Notes: generated by a model from the sequence alone, not told the origin. Positions 17,262 to 26,300 are shown, counted from the first letter of the stretch. The stretch: DNA of 64,000 nucleotides from a virus (IMGVR_UViG_3300042922_000295:20498-84497), one strand, 5' to 3'. A program made the numbers and translations.

Positions 17262-17875
17262 ACAAGTTCTTCTGGATCGACGTCGAGACCACCGGTCTGG
17301 ACCCCCAGCAGGGGGACGTCCTGGAGGTGTCGTTCGCCGTCACCGACACCGAGCTGAACATCATCGACATCGCCAACTGGATCATCCGCCAGCATGGCGC
17401 CGAGGACTACGTCGCCCTCCGCGCCAGCGGCGGTGACACCGGCGCCGAGACCGTCCTGCAGATGCACCGCAAGACCGGGCTCTGGGAGGACATCCTCTCG
17501 CCCAAGGCGTGGTCGGAGAACGACGCGGCGAAGGCGATGATCCAGTTCCTGGAGCAGAACGGCATCACCCTGAAGGACCCGATGTGCGGCTCGTCCGTGC
17601 ACTTCGACCGGGCCTGGATGGCCCAGCACTTCCCCGACGTGCACGCCCTGTTCCACTACAGGAACATCGACATCAGCACGCTCAAGGAGCTGTGCCGTCG
17701 GCTGCAGCCCGAGATGTTCGCCTACCAGGAGAACGACCTCCGGCCCTCGATGAAGGAGCCGTTCCACCGGGCGGAGAACGACGTCGAGAACACCATCGCC
17801 GAGGCGCGGTGGTACTTCGACAACTTCCTCTTCATCCCGACCATCGAGGTCATCAGCGACCCGGGTGAGATCTGA
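17258..17875 (+). CDS. orn: Oligoribonuclease-like DEDDh 3'-5' exonuclease
   Basis: WIDVETTGLD, MHxKTGL, GSSVHFDR, HYRNIDISTLKEL and HRAEND match Orn. Confidence 0.9.
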   Translation: MNKFFWIDVETTGLDPQQGDVLEVSFAVTDTELNIIDIANWIIRQHGAEDYVALRASGGDTGAETVLQMHRKTGLWEDILSPKAWSENDAAKAMIQFLEQNGITLKDPMCGSSVHFDRAWMAQHFPDVHALFHYRNIDISTLKELCRRLQPEMFAYQENDLRPSMKEPFHRAENDVENTIAEARWYFDNFLFIPTIEVISDPGEI

Positions 17876-18453
17876 TGAACCCCGAAGGCGATCCGGTGGA
17901 CGGGAAGGTCGGCCCGTCCACCGATGAGGTTATCGGTCACCTCGTCGATGCCGCCAAGAAGGGCTTCATCACGCCGCCGAACCAGTCGGGCTCGTGGTCG
18001 GACCCCAACACAGACGTCATGGCGAGCCTTCGGAAGGCGTCGGATGCCTTGTCGAAGCAGATCGGTTCGGGGAAGATCTTCGCGCTGCCTGCCGACATGC
18101 AGCCCACGGTCGCCTCACTGCTGGGTCCCAACGGTCTGGGGCAGCCGCTGAACGGCATCCGGTCGGGCAGGTTCACGGGACCGACGCCACCGGCCAACAC
18201 GCCCGCAAGTGGTGGCATGCTGTCACGAGCTGCCGGGCATCGGGATTGGGCAGAGAAGATGAACAGCACCGAGACCGACTACCTCATCAACCTCCTCGCC
18301 CTGCTCATCGAGCAGGTCGGTGGCAGCATCGTCCTGTCCAAGCAGGAGGTCGAGCAGCTCGCTATCGCCCCGCGCCGAACCCTCGAAGTGTTCGAGGACC
18401 CCGAGCGCGGTTCCATCACCTATCGAGTCGACATCGAGGAGACCCAGCAGTGA
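17875..18453 (+). CDS. Hypothetical protein, 192 aa
   Basis: TGATG coupling. Confidence 0.75.
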   Translation: MNPEGDPVDGKVGPSTDEVIGHLVDAAKKGFITPPNQSGSWSDPNTDVMASLRKASDALSKQIGSGKIFALPADMQPTVASLLGPNGLGQPLNGIRSGRFTGPTPPANTPASGGMLSRAAGHRDWAEKMNSTETDYLINLLALLIEQVGGSIVLSKQEVEQLAIAPRRTLEVFEDPERGSITYRVDIEETQQ

Positions 18454-19550
18454 CGATCAAGGTCACATTCGAGACTGCGACGCTGGCGGACGCCATCAAG
18501 AAGGCCGACCGCGTCGCCCCCGGAAAGGGGAAGGCCTTTGACGAGGCCGGTGGCATCGTCATGGAGTTTGTCCCTGACGAGAACCTGGTTGTCGTACGCG
18601 CCACCAACACCGAGATCTTCTACCGCGAGTGGATCAACGGTCAGATCGAGACCGACCAGGAGTCCGTCCTCTGGCGGCTCCCGAGCCAGATGCTCACGCC
18701 CATCGTCACCAGCCTCCCCATCGGGTCCGGCAAGACGGTGACGTTCGAGCAGGTGGGCTCGCGCATCGAGTTCAAGTCGGGGCGCGCCAAGGGCAAGATC
18801 AACCTGCTGGACCCCTCGTACTACCCCGAGTGGGACGTGTTCGACCCGGACGACCTGAAGCCGGTTGCCGACCTCGGCGGCAAGGTCAGCCTGGTGGAGT
18901 GGGCTATCGACAAGACTGCCCCGCCCTTCAATGGGGTGAACTTCAACGGTGACGCGGTGCGTGCCACCGACAAGTACAGGATCGCCACCGTTCCGCTCGC
19001 CATCCCGCTGGACGCGCCGGTCACGGTTCCCGGAGGCCTCCTCGGGTCGATCCTGAAGCAGACTGGCGAAGTCATGGTCGGCTTCACGGAGCACCAGATG
19101 CTCCTGATGCCGAACGAGACGACGCAGATTCGCCTCGTGCTGATCGGCAGCCAGTACCCGGCGGTCGAGCGTGTCATGGATCGTGACATGGAGATGTCGG
19201 TGACTTTCAACAAGACGGAGTTGCTGGAAGTCATCAACCGTGTCATCATCGCGGCGGGCGGGGATCGGCTTCCCGTCATGAGGATGTACTTCGGTCGTGA
19301 GGGCATCAACGCAGTCGTGAAGTCGGACACCAGTTCGATCCTCGACGGCATTGAGACGCCGGGGTACTGCGTGCACGACCGCATCGAGATAATGTTCACG
19401 CCCAAGAACATCGTTGACCCGATCTCGAACGCGCCGAACGAGAAGGTTACCCTGCACTACAACCTCTCGGACAACAAGAAGGTCTACATCGACGGAGGTT
19501 CAGGCTACGAGGCCTGGGCCGTCGTTCGGGCCTCCACTGGCGAGTCATGA
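18450..19550 (+). CDS. dnaN: DNA polymerase III beta sliding clamp-like protein
   Basis: 366 aa; ATNTEI, YPEW, ATDKYRIA, QYPAVERV and the three-domain pattern of beta clamps. Confidence 0.88.
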   Translation: MTIKVTFETATLADAIKKADRVAPGKGKAFDEAGGIVMEFVPDENLVVVRATNTEIFYREWINGQIETDQESVLWRLPSQMLTPIVTSLPIGSGKTVTFEQVGSRIEFKSGRAKGKINLLDPSYYPEWDVFDPDDLKPVADLGGKVSLVEWAIDKTAPPFNGVNFNGDAVRATDKYRIATVPLAIPLDAPVTVPGGLLGSILKQTGEVMVGFTEHQMLLMPNETTQIRLVLIGSQYPAVERVMDRDMEMSVTFNKTELLEVINRVIIAAGGDRLPVMRMYFGREGINAVVKSDTSSILDGIETPGYCVHDRIEIMFTPKNIVDPISNAPNEKVTLHYNLSDNKKVYIDGGSGYEAWAVVRASTGES

Positions 19551-19951
19551 GAGACGAGGAGACGACGGGAATGAAGCTTCCCAAGGGGTTCGACTTCCAG
19601 CGGGAGTACTACCTCGCTGGGCCGATGACGGGGTACGAGCACTTCAACTACCCCGCCTTCGAGCGCAACATGCACGAGCTCGAAGGAGAGGCGGTGACGA
19701 TCAAGTCGCCGCACACGATCCCCTGGCCCGAGGAGCCTCAGGAGGGGGAGGAGCTCTGGCAGACCATGATGCGCAAGGCGCTCGCGATGCTCCTCACCTG
19801 CAACGGCATCATCCTCATGCGAGGGTGGACCGAGAGCAAGGGGGCGTTGGTCGAGTACAACATCGCCACCGCCCTTCGCATGCCCGTCTACTTCCTGGAC
19901 GGTAAGTACGTAGTTCCGATGCACGACCACGAGAGGACGCTTGTTTCATGA
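19547..19951 (+). CDS. DUF4406 / nucleoside deoxyribosyltransferase-like protein
   Basis: YLAGPMTG...FNYPAF...GWTESKGALVE..IA..L.MPV. Confidence 0.88.
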   Translation: MRDEETTGMKLPKGFDFQREYYLAGPMTGYEHFNYPAFERNMHELEGEAVTIKSPHTIPWPEEPQEGEELWQTMMRKALAMLLTCNGIILMRGWTESKGALVEYNIATALRMPVYFLDGKYVVPMHDHERTLVS

Positions 19952-20547
19952 CCAACGCAGCTTACGCCGAGCCGATGTCCGTTGAGGACTACTCGGCCAA
20001 GGCGCTCACGACCGCCATCTACCCGGGTCGCAACGAGACGGGTGGTGTGCTGTACGCCACCCTCGGCCTCGTCGGCGAGGTGGGCGAGACGGGCGAGTTG
20101 TTCCTGGAGGACAAGGACTTCGAGCGGTCCGCCACGACGCCCGAGCTGGGTGACGTCCTGTGGTACATCAACGCGCTGGCCGACGAGCTCGAGTGGGGTC
20201 TCCCGGGCGTGCACAACGAGGTGTGCTACCGCCTGGGGATCGACGTCGCGAACATCTTCCTCGCGTCATCCCGGTCAGCGATCCCGTGGCGCCTGCACGC
20301 CGAGCTCGTCGTCAAGACCGGGGCCATCGCCAACAAGGTGAAGAAGGCGCTCCGCGACGACAAGGGCGTCATCACCGAGGACCGGGCGTCGCACCTTCGC
20401 GTCCTGCTGTCCCAGGCGTACGAGGTCTACATCCAGCTCGTCTGGGCGTGCGACCTCGACCTGCACGCCGTGATGGTGTACAACATCGACAAGCTCTTCG
20501 ACCGCAAGCAGCGCGGTGCCCTGGGTGGCGACGGGGACAAGCGGTGA
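19948..20547 (+). CDS. MazG-like nucleotide pyrophosphohydrolase
   Basis: LGLVGEVGE, ELGDVLWY, NIDKLFDRKQRG..GGDGDKR. Confidence 0.9.
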   Translation: MTNAAYAEPMSVEDYSAKALTTAIYPGRNETGGVLYATLGLVGEVGETGELFLEDKDFERSATTPELGDVLWYINALADELEWGLPGVHNEVCYRLGIDVANIFLASSRSAIPWRLHAELVVKTGAIANKVKKALRDDKGVITEDRASHLRVLLSQAYEVYIQLVWACDLDLHAVMVYNIDKLFDRKQRGALGGDGDKR

Positions 20548-21098
20548 GCCAGTTCATCTACCTCTACGTACCGGTCAACCCCGAGCCGTGGGCCATCGGG
20601 CCTGTCGGCTACGCTCGCCGGGGTGGTAAGATGTCGGCGTATGTCGGGCAGAACAAGCAGCTCGCTGCCTTCAAGGAGGCCGTCGCGGAGTCCGTTCGTG
20701 AGCAGTGGGGCGGGCTGCCGATGCTCGAAGGTGCCATCGAGATGCGACTGTGGTTCTGGCGCCAGCGAGCCGCGTACAAGACTCCGGCAGCCCGCGTCCA
20801 CCGCAAGCACGAGGCCGACGCGACGAACATGCAGAAGGCAACCGAGGACGCCCTCCAGGGCATCGTGTTCGGGAACGACCGGGACGTGAAGATTCCCCGC
20901 TCCGTCATCATGGAGCAGGGCGAGTCGACGGTCGGCGGTATCGTCATCGCGGTTCGGAGCATCGAGGGGTGGGCCGAGGCCGAGGAGGATGCCCTGCCTC
21001 CCGGCGTGCGCGCCGCTCGTATCCAGCACATCGGCAGCTTCACCCCATCCCCCGAGACCGACAGCAACGCGTGGCCCCCGGCTGACGGAGCCTTCTGA
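20544..21098 (+). CDS. rusA: RusA-like Holliday junction resolvase
   Basis: DATNMQKATEDALQGIVFGNDRDV. Confidence 0.88.
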   Translation: MSQFIYLYVPVNPEPWAIGPVGYARRGGKMSAYVGQNKQLAAFKEAVAESVREQWGGLPMLEGAIEMRLWFWRQRAAYKTPAARVHRKHEADATNMQKATEDALQGIVFGNDRDVKIPRSVIMEQGESTVGGIVIAVRSIEGWAEAEEDALPPGVRAARIQHIGSFTPSPETDSNAWPPADGAF

Positions 21099-21403
21099 TG
21101 CTGACGGTGTCGGTCAAGGTCAATGACCTCGAAGTCGCCATCGTGGAAATCAAGAACGTCCAGACGAACGAGGACGGGACTGCTAACTACGTAGCGACCT
21201 TCGAGGTTGACCGGATGGGTGCGCGAGGCCGACACCGTCGCAGGCTGTTCGGATTCCCGCGCACGCAGTACAACGCACTTGGGCTACTCAAGTTGGCCCT
21301 GGATTCACTCGACCCGAGAGACTTGGAGCTCGAAACCGATGGGACTGGTACATCAGATCTGGCACGGCGACAGCGTGGAGCTGGCCCAGCGCTTCCACGC
21401 TAA
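21098..21403 (+). CDS. Hypothetical protein, 101 aa
   Basis: TGATG coupling. Confidence 0.75.
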   Translation: MLTVSVKVNDLEVAIVEIKNVQTNEDGTANYVATFEVDRMGARGRHRRRLFGFPRTQYNALGLLKLALDSLDPRDLELETDGTGTSDLARRQRGAGPALPR

Positions 21404-22067
21404 GCGTCGCATCCAGAGCGTCATCACCGACCCGCCCTTCGGCGTGGACAACCTGTCGAACATGGCGACGACGCAGGCTGGCAAGGAGTATGCCCGCAAG
21501 ATCGCCAACGACGAGTCCCCCGAGGTGGCGATCAAGGTCTTCCGTGACGTCATGGAGTCCGTCATCCCCGGGATGAAGGAGGAGTCGGACATCTACATCT
21601 TCACGGCGCACCAGGTGCTGGAGGAGTGGCTGGTGTTCACCCGGGACCTCCTGGAGCCGCACGGCTTCCGCCGCAAGGCGATCCTCGTGTGGGAGAAGGA
21701 TGGCCCCGGCATGGGCGACCTCAACTCGTGGGGCATGGGCTGCGAGTTCGTCCTGTACTACAAGCGGGGCAACCGCGAGAAGTCGGACAAGCGCCGGAAC
21801 AACGTCCTGCACCTCCCGCAGCTCAGGCCGAACGAGCTCATCCACCCGCACGAGAAGCCGGAGCAGTTGCTGGAGTTGCTCCTGAAGCACTCGACGGACC
21901 CGGGCGACTTCGTCATCGACCCGTTCGGTGGTAGCGGCAGCCTCGTGCGCGCCGCTCGCCGGTGCGGCCGGTCGGCGGTCGCCATCGAGCTGGACGAGAA
22001 GAACTACGAACTCGCCAGCAAGAAGCTCAACGAGGGCGACGGCGGAGGCTTCGACTTCGGAGTGTGA
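21339..22067 (+). CDS. Orphan N6-adenine/N4-cytosine DNA methyltransferase (beta class)
   Basis: TDPPF (motif IV) precedes HPHEKP and DPFGGSGS (motif I). Confidence 0.93.
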   Translation: MGLVHQIWHGDSVELAQRFHAKRRIQSVITDPPFGVDNLSNMATTQAGKEYARKIANDESPEVAIKVFRDVMESVIPGMKEESDIYIFTAHQVLEEWLVFTRDLLEPHGFRRKAILVWEKDGPGMGDLNSWGMGCEFVLYYKRGNREKSDKRRNNVLHLPQLRPNELIHPHEKPEQLLELLLKHSTDPGDFVIDPFGGSGSLVRAARRCGRSAVAIELDEKNYELASKKLNEGDGGGFDFGV

Positions 22068-22080
22068 TCGACCTGCCAGG

Positions 22081-22140
22081 CGGGGGCGGCGTATCCGGTA
22101 GTGCACGCACTATCACGCCGCCCCCGCTTTCGGCTACCAT
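22081..22140 (+). promoter_or_regulatory. Inverted repeat followed by -10 TACCAT
   Basis: CGGGGGCGGCGT / ACGCCGCCCCCG with inner TAGTGC/GCACTA; TACCAT at 22135-22140. Confidence 0.5.
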
Positions 22141-22177
22141 GACACCACCCGAAGCCCCGACCCAGCAGGAGGCACCA

Positions 22178-22531
22178 GTGAGTACGACCGAAGGCCAGGA
22201 GGTGCGGGAAGTCCACCCGTTCTCCATGGACAGGATCAGCCCTGTCATGAGCTTCGCCCCCGTCCCCGAAGTCGAGGCGGAGGTCCCAAAAGAAGAATCT
22301 GCACCGGAGCCTGCTCCCGTGCCCGATCCGACGCCGACGACTCCGGACCCGGAGAAGAAGGACCCGGAGGACGACCCGCTCAAGGACGTGAAGGTGAGCG
22401 AGGGGGAGGCTTCGAAGAAGTCTGGGGAATCGACCTCGTCCCCCACGCCGCCCACGACCCCCGCACCCCCGGCGAAGCCTGCGACTGCGGCGAAGGTGTC
22501 GAAGAGCGACTCGCCGACTTCTTCCAAGTAG
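22178..22531 (+). CDS. Pro-rich hypothetical protein, 117 aa (zero frame of candidate frameshift)
   Basis: AGGAGG RBS, GTG start. Confidence 0.75.
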   Translation: MSTTEGQEVREVHPFSMDRISPVMSFAPVPEVEAEVPKEESAPEPAPVPDPTPTTPDPEKKDPEDDPLKDVKVSEGEASKKSGESTSSPTPPTTPAPPAKPATAAKVSKSDSPTSSK

Positions 22532-22752
22532 ACACGTCATGGCAGGAGCGCGGAGCATGCTTCGGCCGGGCTCCTGCCAAGCGTGGCGAGCCTGACCCCT
22601 TCTTCCCGGAGAAGGGGTCTATCGCCTTGGCGAACAAGGCAATCAAGGAGTATTGCATGGTCTGCCCCGTGCGCAAGCTGTGCAAGCAGTACCAAGAAGA
22701 GACTGGCTCCGTCGGAGTATGGGGCGGGCAGTACATCGGTCGAGATTCCTGA
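22291..22752 (+). CDS. whiB: WhiB-family transcription factor domain (no in-frame start; probable -1 frameshift product)
   Basis: WQERGAC...DPFFP...CMVCPVRKLC...GVWGG at 22540-22752; absent from the ORF track. Confidence 0.88.
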   Translation, partial: RRICTGACSRARSDADDSGPGEEGPGGRPAQGREGERGGGFEEVWGIDLVPHAAHDPRTPGEACDCGEGVEERLADFFQVDTSWQERGACFGRAPAKRGEPDPFFPEKGSIALANKAIKEYCMVCPVRKLCKQYQEETGSVGVWGGQYIGRDS

Positions 22753-22763
22753 AGGGAACAACA

Positions 22764-23084
22764 GTGAACGTCCACAAGGTCACCATCTACACGGACCCCG
22801 AGACCGGCAAGCTCAGGTGGCGCTTCGTCCGCAAGGATGGGTCGATCCTCGCGGAGAGCACCAAGGTGTACGACACCCGCGAAGAGCTCATGGAGGACAT
22901 GCAGATCGTCGTCGGCCTGTGGTTCGCCTTCGACGAGCACATGCCGGACCGCGTCAAGCAGGTCAGCCTCCACCGGAGCGAGCCGGTCGGCCTGGAGCTG
23001 CCTCAGCCGCAGGTCACCCCGGCCGAGCCCGAGGAGTCCGGCGAGGTCATCGGCGACCCCGACACCGAGGTCGAGCAGCCGTGA
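22764..23084 (+). CDS. DUF1508/YegP-like domain protein
   Basis: IYTD..GKLRWRFVRKDGSILAES..Y. Confidence 0.7.
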   Translation: MNVHKVTIYTDPETGKLRWRFVRKDGSILAESTKVYDTREELMEDMQIVVGLWFAFDEHMPDRVKQVSLHRSEPVGLELPQPQVTPAEPEESGEVIGDPDTEVEQP

Positions 23085-24304
23085 GGCCCAAGTCTCTGTC
23101 GGCATCAGCGCTGCAGGTTGCAGCGCTGTGCCTCTCTCGGTACAACGCGGAGAACATCAACTACTCACGCGGCGCGTCCAACGAGGCGGCTCTCACCGGA
23201 ACGTCGGCGCACGGCGCACTGGAGTTGTACGTCCAGAAGGTGTACCTGGAGAAGTCGATGGAGCCGAGCGTCGAGCTGCTCCTGGAGTTCTTCAAGCTGT
23301 CGTACGTCAAGACGTTCGGCAACTCGGACTTCCGCTCGAAGAACTACAAGGACGGCGTGAAGATGCTCACGGCGTGGTTCGAGCGTACGTCGTTCGAGGG
23401 CTTCGAGGTCATCAGTACGGAGAAGAAGAAGAACTTCCCCATCCCCGTGATGATCGACGGAGTCAAGGACTCCATCCCGTTCAACTATGTTCTCGACCGG
23501 TTCGATCGCCTCGGCGAGACGAAGTACCGAGTCGTGGACTACAAGACGAACATCATGCCGCTCTCGCCGTCCGACCTGCGCGACAAGCCGCAGGCTCGCT
23601 GCTACGCACTCGCCATGCAGATCGAGCACAAGGATGCCACCCAGATCTGGGTCGAGTTCGACATGCTTCGTCACGACGGCCCCGTGGGTGTGACCTACAC
23701 CCGCGAGGACAACGTCGAGACGTGGAAGTGGATCAAGGCCGAGGCGCAGCGCATCATCGACACGCCCACGACCAAGATCGACAAGCAGACGGGCGAGGAG
23801 GTTCCGGCCAAGCTGCCCGAGACGCTCAACCCGGAGTGCAACTTCTGCATCCGCAAGACCACGTGCGAGACGGTCACCCGGAACATCGAGAACGGCGGCG
23901 TCCTGAGTCTCGGGATGCCGGGGATCGCTGACCGCCGCGCCGCGCTGGAGAACCAGAAGAAGGCGGCGGCGGCTGCCATCGAGGAGATCGACCGCGTCCT
24001 CCTGGCCGAGGCCAAGGTTGCCGACGTCGACCTCATCCCGGGAGACGACTACGACCTCGCGGTCGGCGTCTCGAAGCGTCGGGGCGTGGACGCGGAACGT
24101 CTCGTCATGGTACTGGCGGACAGCCCGAACCTGATCCGCAAGTACACCGGCGGCGCGTCCATCACGATGCGTGACTACGACGCCCTGCTGTCCGACCCCG
24201 AGCTCACCGAGGATCAGCGGCGGCACGTGTCAGGGCTGGTTTCGACCCGCTACGGGGAGCCGAGCATCCGAGTCAAGAAGAAGCCGACGATCCGCTCGAA
24301 GTAG
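23081..24304 (+). CDS. Cas4/RecB-like PD-(D/E)XK exonuclease
   Basis: LSAS...C, GTSAH, DRFD...VVDYKT, QxxxY, CNFC...C. Confidence 0.92.
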   Translation: MRPKSLSASALQVAALCLSRYNAENINYSRGASNEAALTGTSAHGALELYVQKVYLEKSMEPSVELLLEFFKLSYVKTFGNSDFRSKNYKDGVKMLTAWFERTSFEGFEVISTEKKKNFPIPVMIDGVKDSIPFNYVLDRFDRLGETKYRVVDYKTNIMPLSPSDLRDKPQARCYALAMQIEHKDATQIWVEFDMLRHDGPVGVTYTREDNVETWKWIKAEAQRIIDTPTTKIDKQTGEEVPAKLPETLNPECNFCIRKTTCETVTRNIENGGVLSLGMPGIADRRAALENQKKAAAAAIEEIDRVLLAEAKVADVDLIPGDDYDLAVGVSKRRGVDAERLVMVLADSPNLIRKYTGGASITMRDYDALLSDPELTEDQRRHVSGLVSTRYGEPSIRVKKKPTIRSK

Positions 24305-24432
24305 CGCCACGCGGCCCGGTGGGACCCGCCCGGAGACGAACGGCGCGCTAGCGGCGGCACGTCCTCTAGGGAATCGGCTCCACCGGGCCGTTTCGCTTTA
24401 AAGACCCGACACAACTGTAGTGAGGACTGAAA

Positions 24433-24732
24433 GTGCCCGAGTTCAAGAACATGATCGTCATGATCCAGCGAGGGTTCGGCAAGGCTGCTCTCGCGGCGAA
24501 GGAGGCCGGAAAGGCCTTCGAGATGTGGGGCCAGACGACCTACCGCAAGGTGCAGCGCTACAGGCTGCAGATGGAGACGGCCGACTGGCCTCCGTACAAG
24601 CGAGCCGAGGCTCTTCGCAAGCTGGATGCGACGTACCGCAAGCGGGATGCCATCGCTGCCAACCACGCGCAGGGTCACCCGAGCATGCGTGGTATCATCA
24701 GGAAGTCCAACAAGTCCCGAAAGGGGTGGTGA
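24433..24732 (+). CDS. Basic hypothetical protein, 99 aa
   Basis: GAGGA RBS, GTG start. Confidence 0.75.
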   Translation: MPEFKNMIVMIQRGFGKAALAAKEAGKAFEMWGQTTYRKVQRYRLQMETADWPPYKRAEALRKLDATYRKRDAIAANHAQGHPSMRGIIRKSNKSRKGW

Positions 24733-25052
24733 CAGTGCCGCACGACAAGAACAAGCCGACCTTCATCTGCGGTGGCGATGACACGCCGGGTGATCGTGGA
24801 ACCGAGTGCCCGAACGCCCTGCACGATCATCCTCTTCCGTCCGGCTACGTGGACGCTGCTGCAGCGGCAGACAGGCGCTTGCGCTCGGGCAACTGGCGCA
24901 ACAAGCGCTGCCCGGAGTGCGGCACGTACGGCTGGGAGGGGAGAGAGGACGACGCCCCACCGGAGGAGGTGCGGGGCGTCGTCCAGTCCAAGGGCCGGAT
25001 CGTCGGCGGCAGCATGAAGGGACTCGAGTCCCAGGGCCGCATCATTCGATAG
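24729..25052 (+). CDS. Cys/His-containing hypothetical protein
   Basis: GTGA overlap; C...H and CPEC. Confidence 0.7.
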   Translation: MTVPHDKNKPTFICGGDDTPGDRGTECPNALHDHPLPSGYVDAAAAADRRLRSGNWRNKRCPECGTYGWEGREDDAPPEEVRGVVQSKGRIVGGSMKGLESQGRIIR

Positions 25053-25446
25053 GGGACTTCTCCTCGTCCTCGTCCTCCTCGTTGAAATCGACTTCGGCCA
25101 GTTCCATCACCGGCGGGTCGGGCAAGTTAAGCCCGGCCCGCCGAAGCTCTTTGACGACAATCTGGTCCCACGTGGCGTGCGCGTCGAAGAGCTTTCGCAT
25201 CTTGTCGTCTCGCCTGCGCACCGCAGTCTTGAACCGGTCGAACCGAGACGAGACGCGGATGTTCTCTGCACGCAGTCGCCCGTTGTCCTCCTGCAGGTTG
25301 AGGACGATCCCGCCCGCCGCCTGCGTGATGATGTGGGTTGCGTCCGCAGAAAGCTTACGCTTCTGGATTACGCCGTTGGCAATCGCTCCGAGGATCACGG
25401 TTACGCCTGACGATCCAATGACCGCAATAAGGACGTCAGTGTCCAC
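25042..25446 (-). CDS. Lysis-cassette membrane protein (1 TM plus coiled coil)
   Basis: N-terminal TM; last gene of the late operon. Confidence 0.8.
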   Translation of the reverse strand: MDTDVLIAVIGSSGVTVILGAIANGVIQKRKLSADATHIITQAAGGIVLNLQEDNGRLRAENIRVSSRFDRFKTAVRRRDDKMRKLFDAHATWDQIVVKELRRAGLNLPDPPVMELAEVDFNEEDEDEEKSPIE

Positions 25447-25882
25447 GATTCCCGAACCCCCTCTGCCGACGCTGTGCGAGAACCTCGGCCTTCTTCAGTG
25501 CCTTCTGGATGCGCCACCAACGCCGGAAGCAGGCCAGGCCGAAGCCGGTAACCGCGATGGCTGGGAAGAAGCCTGACCACCCGGCCGCGTCGAGGACAGC
25601 AGCAGCATACGCGAGCATGCCTACGCCCGTCGCCACCATCCCGATCTGCTCGATGATGAGCCCGGTGTCCCGCCTCGGGAGAAAGATTCCGATGAGGGCG
25701 ATGAGCGACCCGAGGCAGATCATCAACCCCCATACGAGCTGCCACTGGTGCGGGAGAAGAGCCTGGATCGTGCCCGGCGTGGCGTCCCCGAAGATGATCG
25801 GCGGTCCACCGAGCACGCACAGTACGAGCGTGTAGATCTCGAAGCCTTCACGGCCTTCCCGCGTCACCTCGGTCAGTGGCAT
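25436..25882 (-). CDS. Holin-like 4-TM membrane protein
   Basis: Four hydrophobic segments downstream of the endolysin. Confidence 0.8.
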   Translation of the reverse strand: MPLTEVTREGREGFEIYTLVLCVLGGPPIIFGDATPGTIQALLPHQWQLVWGLMICLGSLIALIGIFLPRRDTGLIIEQIGMVATGVGMLAYAAAVLDAAGWSGFFPAIAVTGFGLACFRRWWRIQKALKKAEVLAQRRQRGFGNRGH

Positions 25883-26300
25883 TGTAAGCCTTCCTCGTGT
25901 TTCGGTAGACCTCGGCCATGCCCGCGTACATCACTCCGAGGATAGCGAAGATGATGAGACCGAGGCCTGACGAGCTGGGGATATCCATGAAGGCCTTGCC
26001 GAAGACCCCTGCAAAGAAGAACGACCATACGGCACTGGCGTAGAAGCCGATGACGATGTAGATGAGCTTGTGAAGTATGCCGCCGTAGGCGGATACGAGT
26101 CCTGCCAGGAGGATCACCCAGCCCCACGTCGGAGGAGCGCCGGGCACCGCCAGGGCGTATGTGAACCCTGGCGATGCCCAGCGACTCGGTTCCGTGAGGA
26201 CGATGAAGACTCCCTGGAGGATGGCGAACAGCGACAGTAGCCGCGACCCCTGCGTGACGGCCCACTGAGCCATCTTCAGGGGAATGATCGGTCCAGTCAC
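25848..26300 (-). CDS. Holin-like 4-TM membrane protein
   Basis: GGAGG RBS, GTG 26300; four TM segments. Confidence 0.8.
   Translation of the reverse strand: MTGPIIPLKMAQWAVTQGSRLLSLFAILQGVFIVLTEPSRWASPGFTYALAVPGAPPTWGWVILLAGLVSAYGGILHKLIYIVIGFYASAVWSFFFAGVFGKAFMDIPSSSGLGLIIFAILGVMYAGMAEVYRNTRKAYNATDRGDAGRP

Noticed and set aside
21339-22067. Methyltransferase as part of a restriction-modification system
   Set aside because: No adjacent recognisable endonuclease; orphan phage methyltransferases are common.
23081-24304. Cas4-like nuclease as a sign of a CRISPR system
   Set aside because: No repeat-spacer array or other cas genes; solo Cas4-like exonucleases are common in phages.
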